Shown: one piece after another, positions 34,982 through 44,164 of the stretch
Position numbering within the stretch: the first letter of the stretch is position 1
Layout: every line of letters begins with the position of its first letter
IMG/VR virus record: IMGVR_UViG_3300045988_090210
DNA: 64,000 nucleotides
Source of the DNA: a virus
Strand: one strand, 5' to 3'
Notes under the pieces: model-generated
The model's input: only the letters and a program-made list of their open reading frames with translations
Database searches by the model: none
What the model was told of the DNA's origin: nothing
Position numbers and translations under genes: made by a program

Positions 34982-35890
34982 TCACCTCTTTGTAGGAATC
35001 AAGCCGTTTTCATACAGGTCGGTTTTATCGTTGGGGTCGCCGACCTCTGTCCATTCGGCGTTTACTTTAACCATACCTTGGCCATAATTGTTATCATAGC
35101 TCAAGGTGGGATTACCAGTAAAGTAAACAAGCCAATTATTGCCATTCATGTCCTTGATGATTTTGGGTTTCTTGTTCAACAAGAATTTAAGCAAAGCCTC
35201 TTTTTCTTTAGTTATATCCACTCTATTTAGTTGCCGATTATTATCAAAATCATCAGGCAACACCCAACCACCAAATGTTCCCGTCTGATAGTTAATGATA
35301 CTATTACTTACTACCACTGGGTATTGGCGATTATAAGGTTGGAATACACCCACCTGTTGATTGGATGTGTTATTGTTATATTCAATTCCCGCATGGAACT
35401 TGAACACAGTATCCACATCACATACAAACACACCCTCAAACTTGCTCAAGATAGACTCAATGATATAGCTACCCTCAACATCTTCCATAACAGGCACAAA
35501 GGCATATTCATACTCAGTATTATAGGCGTTTAAATTGTCGGTTACAATAAAACTCAAATCCTCTGGTTTTGAAACAGGAATTTGTTTAATAGTAATCCAA
35601 TCAAATGTACCTTTAACACGGCGTTTAATACGAACAGATGTAATACCAGCAGTCATTTGCTCAACATTACCAGCAGATGCGTTTCCTTCAAAATCAGCAT
35701 TCATAATAGTATTAATATCCCAATCAGTAGGGACGATACTGCTGTAATCAAAAGCTACATTTCTTGTCACATTAAAATGGTCAAAAATGCCGTTTTGCAA
35801 TCTTGTATTAGTAATGTTATTAATATTAGTAGGCGTTGGATCTACTGAGTTACTATCGCTACAAAAATTATATCCAATCAACCCAATCAA
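34982..35890 (-). CDS. distal tail protein-like (Dit-like)
   Basis: Size, position and C-terminal ...FLLNKKPKIIKDMNGNNWLVYFTG pattern are typical of siphovirus tail components. Weak. Confidence 0.4.
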   Translation of the reverse strand: MIGLIGYNFCSDSNSVDPTPTNINNITNTRLQNGIFDHFNVTRNVAFDYSSIVPTDWDINTIMNADFEGNASAGNVEQMTAGITSVRIKRRVKGTFDWITIKQIPVSKPEDLSFIVTDNLNAYNTEYEYAFVPVMEDVEGSYIIESILSKFEGVFVCDVDTVFKFHAGIEYNNNTSNQQVGVFQPYNRQYPVVVSNSIINYQTGTFGGWVLPDDFDNNRQLNRVDITKEKEALLKFLLNKKPKIIKDMNGNNWLVYFTGNPTLSYDNNYGQGMVKVNAEWTEVGDPNDKTDLYENGLIPTKR

Positions 35891-36969
35891 ACCACAACAC
35901 CTCGATTCTCAATTTTTAATTCATATAGATTGTCTACTCGCCTCAGCCAAGTAAACAGTTGTTCAGTATTCTCGGGCAGGGCGATATGCTGAGACTCAAT
36001 CGTATAAGCCCAAGTATCACCACTATGCCAAGCCCTCATCTCAAACCAACATTGTGTATCGTCAACACAATAAACAACAGTGATAATATCGCCATTGGCA
36101 TTACTAAACCTAAAAATTTCTTTGTTAGGCCGATAATGCCGACCCCACAACCGCATCGTCCAGTTGCCATTTATCTCATACCCCTTAACCCATTTCACAT
36201 AATTGCCATCAGCCCTCACATCAATTTCCTTGTTATCAATGTAAGTGGCAGGGTCAGGATTGGTCTCACCATCAATACCAATAATGTTAGATTCAATGGT
36301 AATATAACCACCCTTACAGTTGTTGGTTAAAAATAGAAAACTAAATACATTGGGTGCAATATAATTAGTTACAAAATTAATTTTACCAGTTGTAATTTGT
36401 GTGCCATTTGCAGTAACGCCAGTTGCTTCAATACTATAACTAGCCCTATCTTCCAAACCACTGAACAAATATGAAATTGTTAAAGGTAAAGTAGAGTCGG
36501 TGTTATACATTGTCCCTGATGTACTAATCAAAACGCCAGACGCACTATATAGATTAAACACATAGGCGTTTAGAGTCTCGCCTTGCTCCTGATTATAAGT
36601 CACATTAAAAGCAAAGCTACTATTAGTTACTACATTACCAGTCGGCATATTGCTGATAACAAACGTGGGTTGACTATAACAATAAAATTGAATAGGAGTA
36701 GATGGGCTTGATTCATTACCTTGAGCATCTTTTGTAGTTAATGTGGCTTGATAATACGTACCATTTGTTAGCGTATTGGCAGGTAAAATATGTTCAAATT
36801 TAAATGTAGATTGAGTTTGTGAATACACAGTTGCTAATGTTGTGTTATTTTTTATTGTCAATGTATTTGCAACTACCTGAGAACCACCAACAACATTAAA
36901 TGTGAATGTTTGTACTTGTGTAGCGTCAAACGCTGGAACATTATATAAAATAGGCGTAGTTAAACCCAT
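35887..36969 (-). CDS. structural protein with FN3/Ig-like repeats
   Basis: Beta-rich repeats (TLTIKNNTT..., ATLTTKDAQGNESSPSTPIQF). ATGA-type overlap with the next gene. Confidence 0.45.
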   Translation of the reverse strand: MGLTTPILYNVPAFDATQVQTFTFNVVGGSQVVANTLTIKNNTTLATVYSQTQSTFKFEHILPANTLTNGTYYQATLTTKDAQGNESSPSTPIQFYCYSQPTFVISNMPTGNVVTNSSFAFNVTYNQEQGETLNAYVFNLYSASGVLISTSGTMYNTDSTLPLTISYLFSGLEDRASYSIEATGVTANGTQITTGKINFVTNYIAPNVFSFLFLTNNCKGGYITIESNIIGIDGETNPDPATYIDNKEIDVRADGNYVKWVKGYEINGNWTMRLWGRHYRPNKEIFRFSNANGDIITVVYCVDDTQCWFEMRAWHSGDTWAYTIESQHIALPENTEQLFTWLRRVDNLYELKIENRGVVV

Positions 36970-36980
36970 TTAATCACCCC

Positions 36981-39116
36981 CTATATTTCTTGATACCAAA
37001 AGTCGCCCGTATTCATATCAGTAGGTTGACTTGCTGATGTTACTATTTTTATACCAGCACTTATTATTACATCGCCCGTTTGACCGTTTACAGATTTTAC
37101 AGGTGCTTCAGATGCAGTAATATATCCAGATCCATTGATAAGTTGATTATTATTAGTGGGAACCGCAATATTTACTTCTTTGTTGATTATTGGTTGAGCA
37201 GTCCCATTGACTTTAATAGTATCAATTTTACCACCATTAGCTTCAACATAAGCTGGAATACCACCTGCTGTGGCTACATTACCATTAGGGTCATATGTGG
37301 CTTTAAGCATATCACCAGCCCCAGCCGCACTCAACGCATCACTAACAGCTTTCTCACTCGGTACTTTGCTTGTACTTGTTCCAAGAGTTGTAGTAACATC
37401 GGACGTAGATACTGCGCCCACATCAGACGCACCCAACGACACCGCCCCAGTCTGACCATTGACAGAAGTAACAGGATATGGAGGTGGGTTAGATGCTGAA
37501 TATTGCTTAACATTATCAACATTGCTTAGACCAATATCTGATTTAACAAGAGTAACTGCACCTGTTTTTGTGTTTACAGATGTAACAGGTGCTTGAGCAG
37601 ATGTGATAAATCCACTATCATTATCTAACTCACTCGTCTTAGATGGAATAGATGTAGTATCAGGCAACGCTCCTACATCACTGGCTTTAGTAGGTACAGT
37701 AATATTGATTGTTTTATCAGTTGAGGCATTAGCTGTAAAAGTGCCAACAGAAACGCCATTGCGTTGGACATCTAATGTTGCATCATTAACAATAGGAATA
37801 ATTGTAGTATCAGATAGAGCACCAACATCAGCCGCAGTAAGCACCACTACCCCGGTTTTGCCATTCACGCTTGTAACAGGCGCAGATTCTAACTTCTTAT
37901 CAAGTTGTGTTTGTATATTACTTGTTATACCATTAAGATAACTAAGCTCAGTAGAGGTAACTAGACTAACAGCAACTTTACCAGACGCATTAGAAATTAA
38001 TGCTCTATTAGCAGTTAAATTGCTGTCGGTAATGGTACTTGCGCCACCAGCAATAACATCTTGTTTAGAACCAAGCGCTGTGGTTAATGTTGACACATTG
38101 CCTTTTAATGTAGTAATATCAGCCTGAGCCATGCCCATATCAGAATCAAGTATGGCTATATTATCTTCATTGGTATTAATTTGAGTTTTAGCGGCATCAG
38201 TAAAATCATTGTGAGTACGTACATATGTAGACCCATCACCAACATCATCTTGTGTCAACACAACTGCGCCAGTTTTAGTATTAACTGACGTAACTGGTGC
38301 TGACTGCAATGCCGTGTCGGCCTTATCTAAACTCCCCTGTACGTCAGAAGCGAGGTCAGTTTTAGGTATACCGGTAGTAGGTTTAGTATACTTGGCATTA
38401 ACCTGAGATTCAGTAGCATAGTTACTATCATTCTCAAGTTGGCTCACTTTGGTAGGTATAGTAGGTTTATTAGACAAGCTCTCATAGTCTCCGTCAAACG
38501 AACTTGTACCCGCACCAATATTTGTACGAGCTTGAGCTTTTTGCGCATCTGTTAAAGATTGAGAAGTGGTCTTGACTGCGTTTGTTACAACTGTGCCAGT
38601 CGAACCATCCACGCTCTTTACTGGCACGTCATTTGCTGTGATAAAACCACTATTATTGATTAGCTGGCTGGTTTCAGTAGGAATGTCTGTGGTCTTAGCA
38701 TACCCATCCAATACACTGCTATCAATAAAGCCAGAATCGTTGTCAAGCTGGCTGGTTTTTGTAGGAATAGTAGTTGTATTAGGTAATGCCCCAACATCAC
38801 TTGCAGTTAAAACAACAGCGCCAGTCTTGCCGTTGACACTGGATACACCTGTCTCAGGGTCTTGACCACCAGCACCCGGAACGATAATAAAAGCTGCAGA
38901 CATATTACCAAATGGGATGAATACTTGATATACTGTACCCACAGTTGGTGTTCCACCATAATATTTTACTGTATTATCTTTTCCGTTAATAGTAAGTACA
39001 CAAGTTGAGGTGGCAATAGTTTTACAAATACCCGTATATATTTTTGTAGTGTTGTCTTCAACAACTTGTTTTACCATAATTTCAATAGCATCAAGTATCT
39101 CATTAGCAAAACTCAA
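36981..39116 (-). CDS. tail fibre/spike protein with seven V(T/K)SVNGKTGAV...DVGA repeats
   Basis: N-terminal small beta-barrel (gpV-like: TVGTVYQVFIPFGNMSAAFIIVPG). Repeated motif throughout. Ends ...TGDFWYQEI. Confidence 0.65.
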   Translation of the reverse strand: MSFANEILDAIEIMVKQVVEDNTTKIYTGICKTIATSTCVLTINGKDNTVKYYGGTPTVGTVYQVFIPFGNMSAAFIIVPGAGGQDPETGVSSVNGKTGAVVLTASDVGALPNTTTIPTKTSQLDNDSGFIDSSVLDGYAKTTDIPTETSQLINNSGFITANDVPVKSVDGSTGTVVTNAVKTTSQSLTDAQKAQARTNIGAGTSSFDGDYESLSNKPTIPTKVSQLENDSNYATESQVNAKYTKPTTGIPKTDLASDVQGSLDKADTALQSAPVTSVNTKTGAVVLTQDDVGDGSTYVRTHNDFTDAAKTQINTNEDNIAILDSDMGMAQADITTLKGNVSTLTTALGSKQDVIAGGASTITDSNLTANRALISNASGKVAVSLVTSTELSYLNGITSNIQTQLDKKLESAPVTSVNGKTGVVVLTAADVGALSDTTIIPIVNDATLDVQRNGVSVGTFTANASTDKTINITVPTKASDVGALPDTTSIPSKTSELDNDSGFITSAQAPVTSVNTKTGAVTLVKSDIGLSNVDNVKQYSASNPPPYPVTSVNGQTGAVSLGASDVGAVSTSDVTTTLGTSTSKVPSEKAVSDALSAAGAGDMLKATYDPNGNVATAGGIPAYVEANGGKIDTIKVNGTAQPIINKEVNIAVPTNNNQLINGSGYITASEAPVKSVNGQTGDVIISAGIKIVTSASQPTDMNTGDFWYQEI
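37053..38846 (-). repeat. dispersed coding repeats within the fibre gene
   Basis: Seven copies of the V(T/K/S)SVNG(K/Q)TG(A/V)V..(S/A)DVGA peptide, several followed by IP(T/S)KTS(Q/E)LDNDSGFI. Confidence 0.6.
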
Positions 39117-39145
39117 TTATCACCCCTCCTTTTTATTACATGAAT

Positions 39146-39175
39146 AAAAAATAGAGGGCGTAAACTACGCCCTCT
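39146..39175 (-). terminator. rho-independent terminator after the tape-measure gene
   Basis: AGAGGGCG (39153-60) / CGCCCTCT (39168-75). T-run on the minus strand (plus A-run 39146-51). One stem arm overlaps the last codons. Confidence 0.6.
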
Positions 39176-42100
39176 TATAAGCTCGTTGATAGGCCATTTG
39201 TTTAAGACCTGTAATCAACGTTTGTGCATCTCTTGCATTGGGCAGTGTAAGATTATCAATATTAAAAATATTACTCATATTACTTGTTATGGCGTTTGGA
39301 TTAATTTTACCCCAACCCCACAGATTTCTGGTTACATCAGCAGGGATAACACCGTCACCTTGGTCAAGCACCCTTAACTCAGGCCCTTGTTCACCTACTA
39401 AACTTAATCCACCAACAGCGTTTAATGTGCCACCCGCATATTTTTTGCCTTTTAAAGCTTTTATTGCAGTGGTTTTAGCTGTACTAGAACTACTATGGAA
39501 CCCTTCTCTCATTTCCGCTTCTGTCCAACCACTACCACCAGTAGTTTTTGAGAAGTCAAAATAATAACCTTTACCACTTTGGGGTGCTGCAGATGTATCA
39601 GTCTTCTTGGTACTCTTACTACCGTTCAAAGAAGCCATAATACTATTATATTTGTCCGCAAAAGTCTGAGCGTTCATTAATCGCTGTTCCCAATTCTTTT
39701 GCTCCAAATCAATACCCAATACTTGCTCAGCAATTAGCCGGTTTTGTTCTTCCGTATATTGATCTACAACACCAGACCATTCATCTTTATATTGATTCCA
39801 TTGTTCAATTTGCGCATCAATACTGGCTGTAGCTTGGTCTTTGAGTTTATTTAAATTCTCTATCTCTTTACGGAGAGCTTCATCACGCTCATAAGCATCA
39901 AGTTCAGCCTGAGCCGCAGATATGGCCTCAACGTCTTGCATATACTGGAATTGGCCATTAGAGAATACATAAAGCCCCTTGTCCTTGGCTTGAGCCAGAT
40001 TGTTGAGCAATTGTTCATATTGGATCTGCCGTTCAAGTTCGTCATTAGTGTCTTGTAGAGCTTGAATTTGGTCTTCATAGAATTTCTCTATTTCAGATTT
40101 TTGTGTTTCAAGTTCATCTATTTCTTCTCTAATCTTTTGAACAACATAACTTGCCGCTATCTCATAATTGGATTTTTGAGCCTCGGCCGCTTTTTTAGCT
40201 TCTTCTTCTTGTTTAGATGCTAATTCTTCAGCCAACTTAGCACGACCACTGTAAATCTTTTCTTCATAACTATACATGTTCTGATTAATCTGATTTACAT
40301 TAAGGCCATACTCCTTCATATGAGCCGTAGCGTTTGTTTTATATTGCTCCACAAGTTTCTCAAGTTGATTATAATAATCTTCTTGAGTAATTTTGCCCAT
40401 AGCAAGCAAATGGTCTAAATCTTTTTGTAAAGATTGGAAATTTTTAAGAGCTAAATCCGTAACAGACTTACTCCCAGAAGATGAAGATTTAGCTCCACCA
40501 GAACCAGAAGAACCAGATACTATACCAACATCTCGTACATCATAGCCTTCAACAGAAGAAACATTTAATGCACGCCCAAGATCTCGCAACGCAGTTTGCG
40601 CCGCAATGCTAATTGAAGCAGCTTGGTTTAATTTTTCACGATTTGCTTGAGTTGGATTTATTGAATATTCAGTTAAAATTAATCTAGCTGTTGCTTGATA
40701 CCCTTTTGCGACAAGTTGTAATTGTTGTAAAGTTTTTTGTGCTTTGTCTTTAGCATCTAAATAAATCCGACCATTGGCACTTATAAAACCACTTACAGAA
40801 TTAATAGCCTCGTTTTGCGCCAAATAATAACTATCACCAACTTGGGTGATATTGGCTGCCAGTTCTGGATATTTAGATTTAATTGCATCTACTTGCGCCG
40901 CATTAAGTTCAATTGAATTACCAAACTTTTCAGTATGTTGAGCAGCATCTTCATAAGCAGTTGCAAGACTATCAAGAGCATCACGAGCACTTGTAGACTC
41001 ATCACCCACGAGTTGGTGAGCTTGGGCTAATGTACCAAGTTTACTTGTAACTTCATCATATAGTTTTAAATCTTCATCTGTTAAACTATGATTAGTTTTA
41101 AGCTTTTCAGTTAATTCATTAGCCTGCTTAATAAGTTCTTGTTCATAGGCTTCACCAGTTTTATAAACTTCACCTTGAACTGTTTCAAATTGTACACCAA
41201 GAGCTTCTAATTCTTGCCTAGTTTTCTTAGAAGCATTCGGAATATAATTATCAAGATACTTTACAAGCTCTTCATAGGTTTCAAAACTCTGGCCTTGTAA
41301 CCCACTATCAAATCTACCAGCATATTCCCCAGTAATACCAGAAACTTGAATTCTTTCACCAGTGACATATCCGCCTTTTAAGGATTGTTTGGCTTTCTTT
41401 TCAGATAACGTTTCAAGTTTATCTATCTGAGCTTGTAGCTCGTCATTCTCTTTCTCAAGAGCTTCTTTTTCATCTAAAATCTCTTGAGTGCGCTCATTCC
41501 AAGGCAAGTCACTGATTTCTTTAAGCCGCTCTTTATTAGTTTTAAGCTTGCCATTAGTATCGCTAATTTTTGTTTCAAGCTCTTCAAAAGATTTTCTACT
41601 ATCTTCGGTAGCTTTCCATAAAGCGCCACCAACAACTAAAACACTAGCAATGCCAAGAATAATAGGCAAGGTAATACTACCAGCCGCACCAACACCCGTA
41701 ATAACTCCTGCTAGATTTTTAAATTGTTCAATACCAACCTTAAAAATGCCAAGTGCCTTAGTTAAAGATGTTGCGCCCCAGCCCAAACTAGTAAGTAGCA
41801 CAATCTGTGTAACAATCTGACCAAGATCAGTGTTTGCTATCTGCAACAGGCCGTTAGCCAAGTCAAGAACGGCTTTGGCTAAATCGCTGCTGATAACATT
41901 ATTAGCAAAATCTTGAAATGTGGATTGAACTTGAGATAACTTAGCCTGAATAGACTCCATATATGCAGAGTTTTCACGCATCGCAGAGCCTTGAGAATCA
42001 AGGGCTTTGTTGGTTGCGTCAACTGCATGGCCGAAGTTGTTCATTAAGGCCAAGAAATTGTTTAACTGTGTTGTACCCGCTATTGTAGTGGCAATATACT

Positions 42101-42665
42101 TTTGACTGTTATTGTCAAGAGTATCCCACTTTTCAGCCAAACCAGCAAGCAAATCATAGCCACTTTTAAGTTGGCCGTTTTCATACATCTCAACACCAAG
42201 TTGTTCAAAGATTGTTGTTATTTTCTTGCCGTTAGATGAAGCATCATCTAGAACTTGAGCAAGGTTGGCCATAATAGCATTAAGGCCACGAGAAGCCTTG
42301 CTTGCGTTCTTGGTTTGCTCTGTGATTGCGGTCATGAGGCCGATAGTTTGTTCAAAACTGTTGTTCATACCAGCGGATGAAGAAGCAACTACCTTGAGGC
42401 CGGTCGCCAAATCGCCAGTGCCTACGGCAAAGTTGTTTGCTACTTCATTCAACGCATCAGCAATGTGCATAGCATTGCCTTCTACATCGCCAGTTGTTTT
42501 ATTAAACGCTATTAACTGAGAAATTAAAAATTGTGCGGCATCGCCAGTAGAAATAGATTCATCTGCTACGTTTTGGAATATAGAGCTGACCTGTGCCAAT
42601 TGAGCAGCGTCTTTGTCATTAAATCCATTTTTACGGTATTCAGTCGCCGCACTAACCATCTCTGA
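39165..42665 (-). CDS. tail tape-measure protein, exon 2
   Basis: Begins SEMVSAATEYRKNGF... (typical TMP N-region). TM/Gly-rich segment, long coiled coils. No SD before the internal ATG at 42659. Confidence 0.8.
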   Translation of the reverse strand, partial: SEMVSAATEYRKNGFNDKDAAQLAQVSSIFQNVADESISTGDAAQFLISQLIAFNKTTGDVEGNAMHIADALNEVANNFAVGTGDLATGLKVVASSSAGMNNSFEQTIGLMTAITEQTKNASKASRGLNAIMANLAQVLDDASSNGKKITTIFEQLGVEMYENGQLKSGYDLLAGLAEKWDTLDNNSQKYIATTIAGTTQLNNFLALMNNFGHAVDATNKALDSQGSAMRENSAYMESIQAKLSQVQSTFQDFANNVISSDLAKAVLDLANGLLQIANTDLGQIVTQIVLLTSLGWGATSLTKALGIFKVGIEQFKNLAGVITGVGAAGSITLPIILGIASVLVVGGALWKATEDSRKSFEELETKISDTNGKLKTNKERLKEISDLPWNERTQEILDEKEALEKENDELQAQIDKLETLSEKKAKQSLKGGYVTGERIQVSGITGEYAGRFDSGLQGQSFETYEELVKYLDNYIPNASKKTRQELEALGVQFETVQGEVYKTGEAYEQELIKQANELTEKLKTNHSLTDEDLKLYDEVTSKLGTLAQAHQLVGDESTSARDALDSLATAYEDAAQHTEKFGNSIELNAAQVDAIKSKYPELAANITQVGDSYYLAQNEAINSVSGFISANGRIYLDAKDKAQKTLQQLQLVAKGYQATARLILTEYSINPTQANREKLNQAASISIAAQTALRDLGRALNVSSVEGYDVRDVGIVSGSSGSGGAKSSSSGSKSVTDLALKNFQSLQKDLDHLLAMGKITQEDYYNQLEKLVEQYKTNATAHMKEYGLNVNQINQNMYSYEEKIYSGRAKLAEELASKQEEEAKKAAEAQKSNYEIAASYVVQKIREEIDELETQKSEIEKFYEDQIQALQDTNDELERQIQYEQLLNNLAQAKDKGLYVFSNGQFQYMQDVEAISAAQAELDAYERDEALRKEIENLNKLKDQATASIDAQIEQWNQYKDEWSGVVDQYTEEQNRLIAEQVLGIDLEQKNWEQRLMNAQTFADKYNSIMASLNGSKSTKKTDTSAAPQSGKGYYFDFSKTTGGSGWTEAEMREGFHSSSSTAKTTAIKALKGKKYAGGTLNAVGGLSLVGEQGPELRVLDQGDGVIPADVTRNLWGWGKINPNAITSNMSNIFNIDNLTLPNARDAQTLITGLKQMAYQRAYKRA

Positions 42666-42675
42666 CGGTTAATTA

Positions 42676-42924
42676 TTAACGCTTAATCTTTTCTTCAAAT
42701 TCGATTGTGCCATTTTTAGATTCTTTACGTTCTTTAACAAAATTACGATAAGCATTGTCATATTCATCTTGCCGTTTAAATTGATTTCTGGTGCTTTGAC
42801 TACTTCCAGTTGACAGCACAAAAAACACAATTGTAAATAACCAAAACCCTAACGCCAATCCAATATTATTAGCCTGAAACCCCATAATAAAACACAATAC
42901 AAACCAAATAATAGCAACAATCAT
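42676..42924 (-). CDS. intron-borne small membrane protein (82 aa)
   Basis: SD GAAAGGAG. Two hydrophobic helices (IVAIIWFVLCFIMGF, LALGFWLFTIVFFVL) then a charged tail. No endonuclease motif. Confidence 0.6.
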   Translation of the reverse strand: MIVAIIWFVLCFIMGFQANNIGLALGFWLFTIVFFVLSTGSSQSTRNQFKRQDEYDNAYRNFVKERKESKNGTIEFEEKIKR

Positions 42925-42952
42925 ATTATATACTCCTTTCTAATGTGAATAC

Positions 42953-42981
42953 ATAATATCATATAAAAGATTAAATGTCAA
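42953..42981 (-). promoter_or_regulatory. sigma-A type promoter inside the tape-measure intron
   Basis: Minus strand: TTGACA (42981-76), 17-nt spacer, TGaTATTAT (42961-53). Confidence 0.6.
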
Positions 42982-43286
42982 TAATTTTTCCAAAGTTTTT
43001 CAGACTTTGCCTGAGTAATTCTTCACCCTATAATTGGAGGGCCGCTCTGTATACTCGATTGACACACCGCTCATCACGGCTTCGTGCCCAATCTGCCCTT
43101 TTTAACAGTACTTAGGGCTTTCGCCCATATACCATCCTTATCGTTTTAATGATTTCTCACATTCACACTTAGGCTTATCTCATCCTTATGTTGTAGTGAT
43201 AAGGCTCTTGAGGCTTTCAAGGGTTTAGGAGCTATTCTCGGTGCTGGTTTACCATCCCATCACCCCGGCTCAGACCGATTTGGTTT

Positions 43287-43616
43287 ACCGGTTCGCCCTA
43301 CTGCCAGACCCATCTTTGATAACTTAGATACATAATCATCAAGGGAACTGCCAGATAAGTCAGATACTTTCTTAAATTCAGTTATGGAATTATCAAGCTC
43401 TAATACTTGACTTGCAAGCGAACTTATAATATCTATGGTTTTAGAGAATACCTCATTTGCTGAGTTAAAGTTAAGCTCTAAATCCTGAATATCTTTGCTT
43501 GCTTGCTTAACACTACTTGTGTCAAGGTCAATCTTGGCACCTTTTATTTTATTTAGTTGTTCTTGAATTTGTTTTGTTTGTAGATTAACGTCTACAAGTA
43601 TTGAGTAGTTCGCCAT
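43287..43616 (-). CDS. tail tape-measure protein, exon 1
   Basis: SD AAGGAG. 110 codons ending ...LSKMGLAVGRTG. Unspliced read-through adds KPNRSEPG*. Confidence 0.7.
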
Positions 43617-43629
43617 TCACTCACTCCTT

Positions 43630-44154
43630 TTATAGTGAATTTGGCTTGCCAATATGCTTGACTTTGATTTGGCTGTAAGCAATCAATATTGCATCACTTT
43701 GGTCGTCATTATTAAACTTACTACTATCAGACTTCCACACCAAATTAAGCCCAAACAAATCATTGGCTTTTTCTATTGATTTTCTTTTCATTTCGGCTCG
43801 TTTAGTACCATTTCTCGTTCCATCAAACAAGCCCATATGACTGCGCCACTGGCTTGGAATTAAAAACTCAATGGGTATATTAAACGAGGCCGCAACACCA
43901 TAAAAAAATCCTTGCACAGCGCCTAACTGCACAAGGATTTTAGGATTCTGCGCCTTTAAGGGCACATCTTCCATATATATCTTATCAGGATGATATTTGT
44001 TCAATATCTCTATTAGCTTAGGGGCTTGATTAACAGTGCGTTCACGCCAATCTTGTCCTTCAGACTTAATCACACCATAAGCTACTAGTTCTTTTCCATC
44101 AAAGATACTCCAACCCGTGCTCTTAGTGGACGCATCAATTCCGCAAACCACCAT
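43630..44154 (-). CDS. ruvC: RuvC-like Holliday junction resolvase
   Basis: VVCGIDASTKSTGW (Asp), IYMEDVP (Glu), NDDQSDAILIAY (Asp) in RuvC order. Confidence 0.7.
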   Translation of the reverse strand: MVVCGIDASTKSTGWSIFDGKELVAYGVIKSEGQDWRERTVNQAPKLIEILNKYHPDKIYMEDVPLKAQNPKILVQLGAVQGFFYGVAASFNIPIEFLIPSQWRSHMGLFDGTRNGTKRAEMKRKSIEKANDLFGLNLVWKSDSSKFNNDDQSDAILIAYSQIKVKHIGKPNSL

Positions 44155-44164
44155 AAACTGTCTC

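Larger units (their letters stand above)
42666..43286 (-). mobile_element. group-I-like intron in the tape-measure gene (621 nt)
   Basis: Exon ...CCGGU| pairs with GCCGG (43269-65), giving a U.G wobble. The adjacent UCUGA (43274-70) is complementary to exon-2 UCAGA (42665-61). Terminal G at 42666. GAAA-capped hairpin at 43126-43115. Confidence 0.6.

Noticed and set aside
37053-38846. Repeats in the fibre gene as a CRISPR array or a DGR variable region
   Set aside because: The repeats are in-frame peptide repeats of one long ORF, with variable spacing and no spacer-like unique units. No reverse transcriptase or template repeat is present in the window.
43260-43286. KPNRSEPG* as the genuine C-terminus of a separate 118-aa protein
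   Set aside because: The 110 residues before it and the following ORF together form a typical tape-measure N-region. The P1/P10 pairing places the splice site exactly before these codons.
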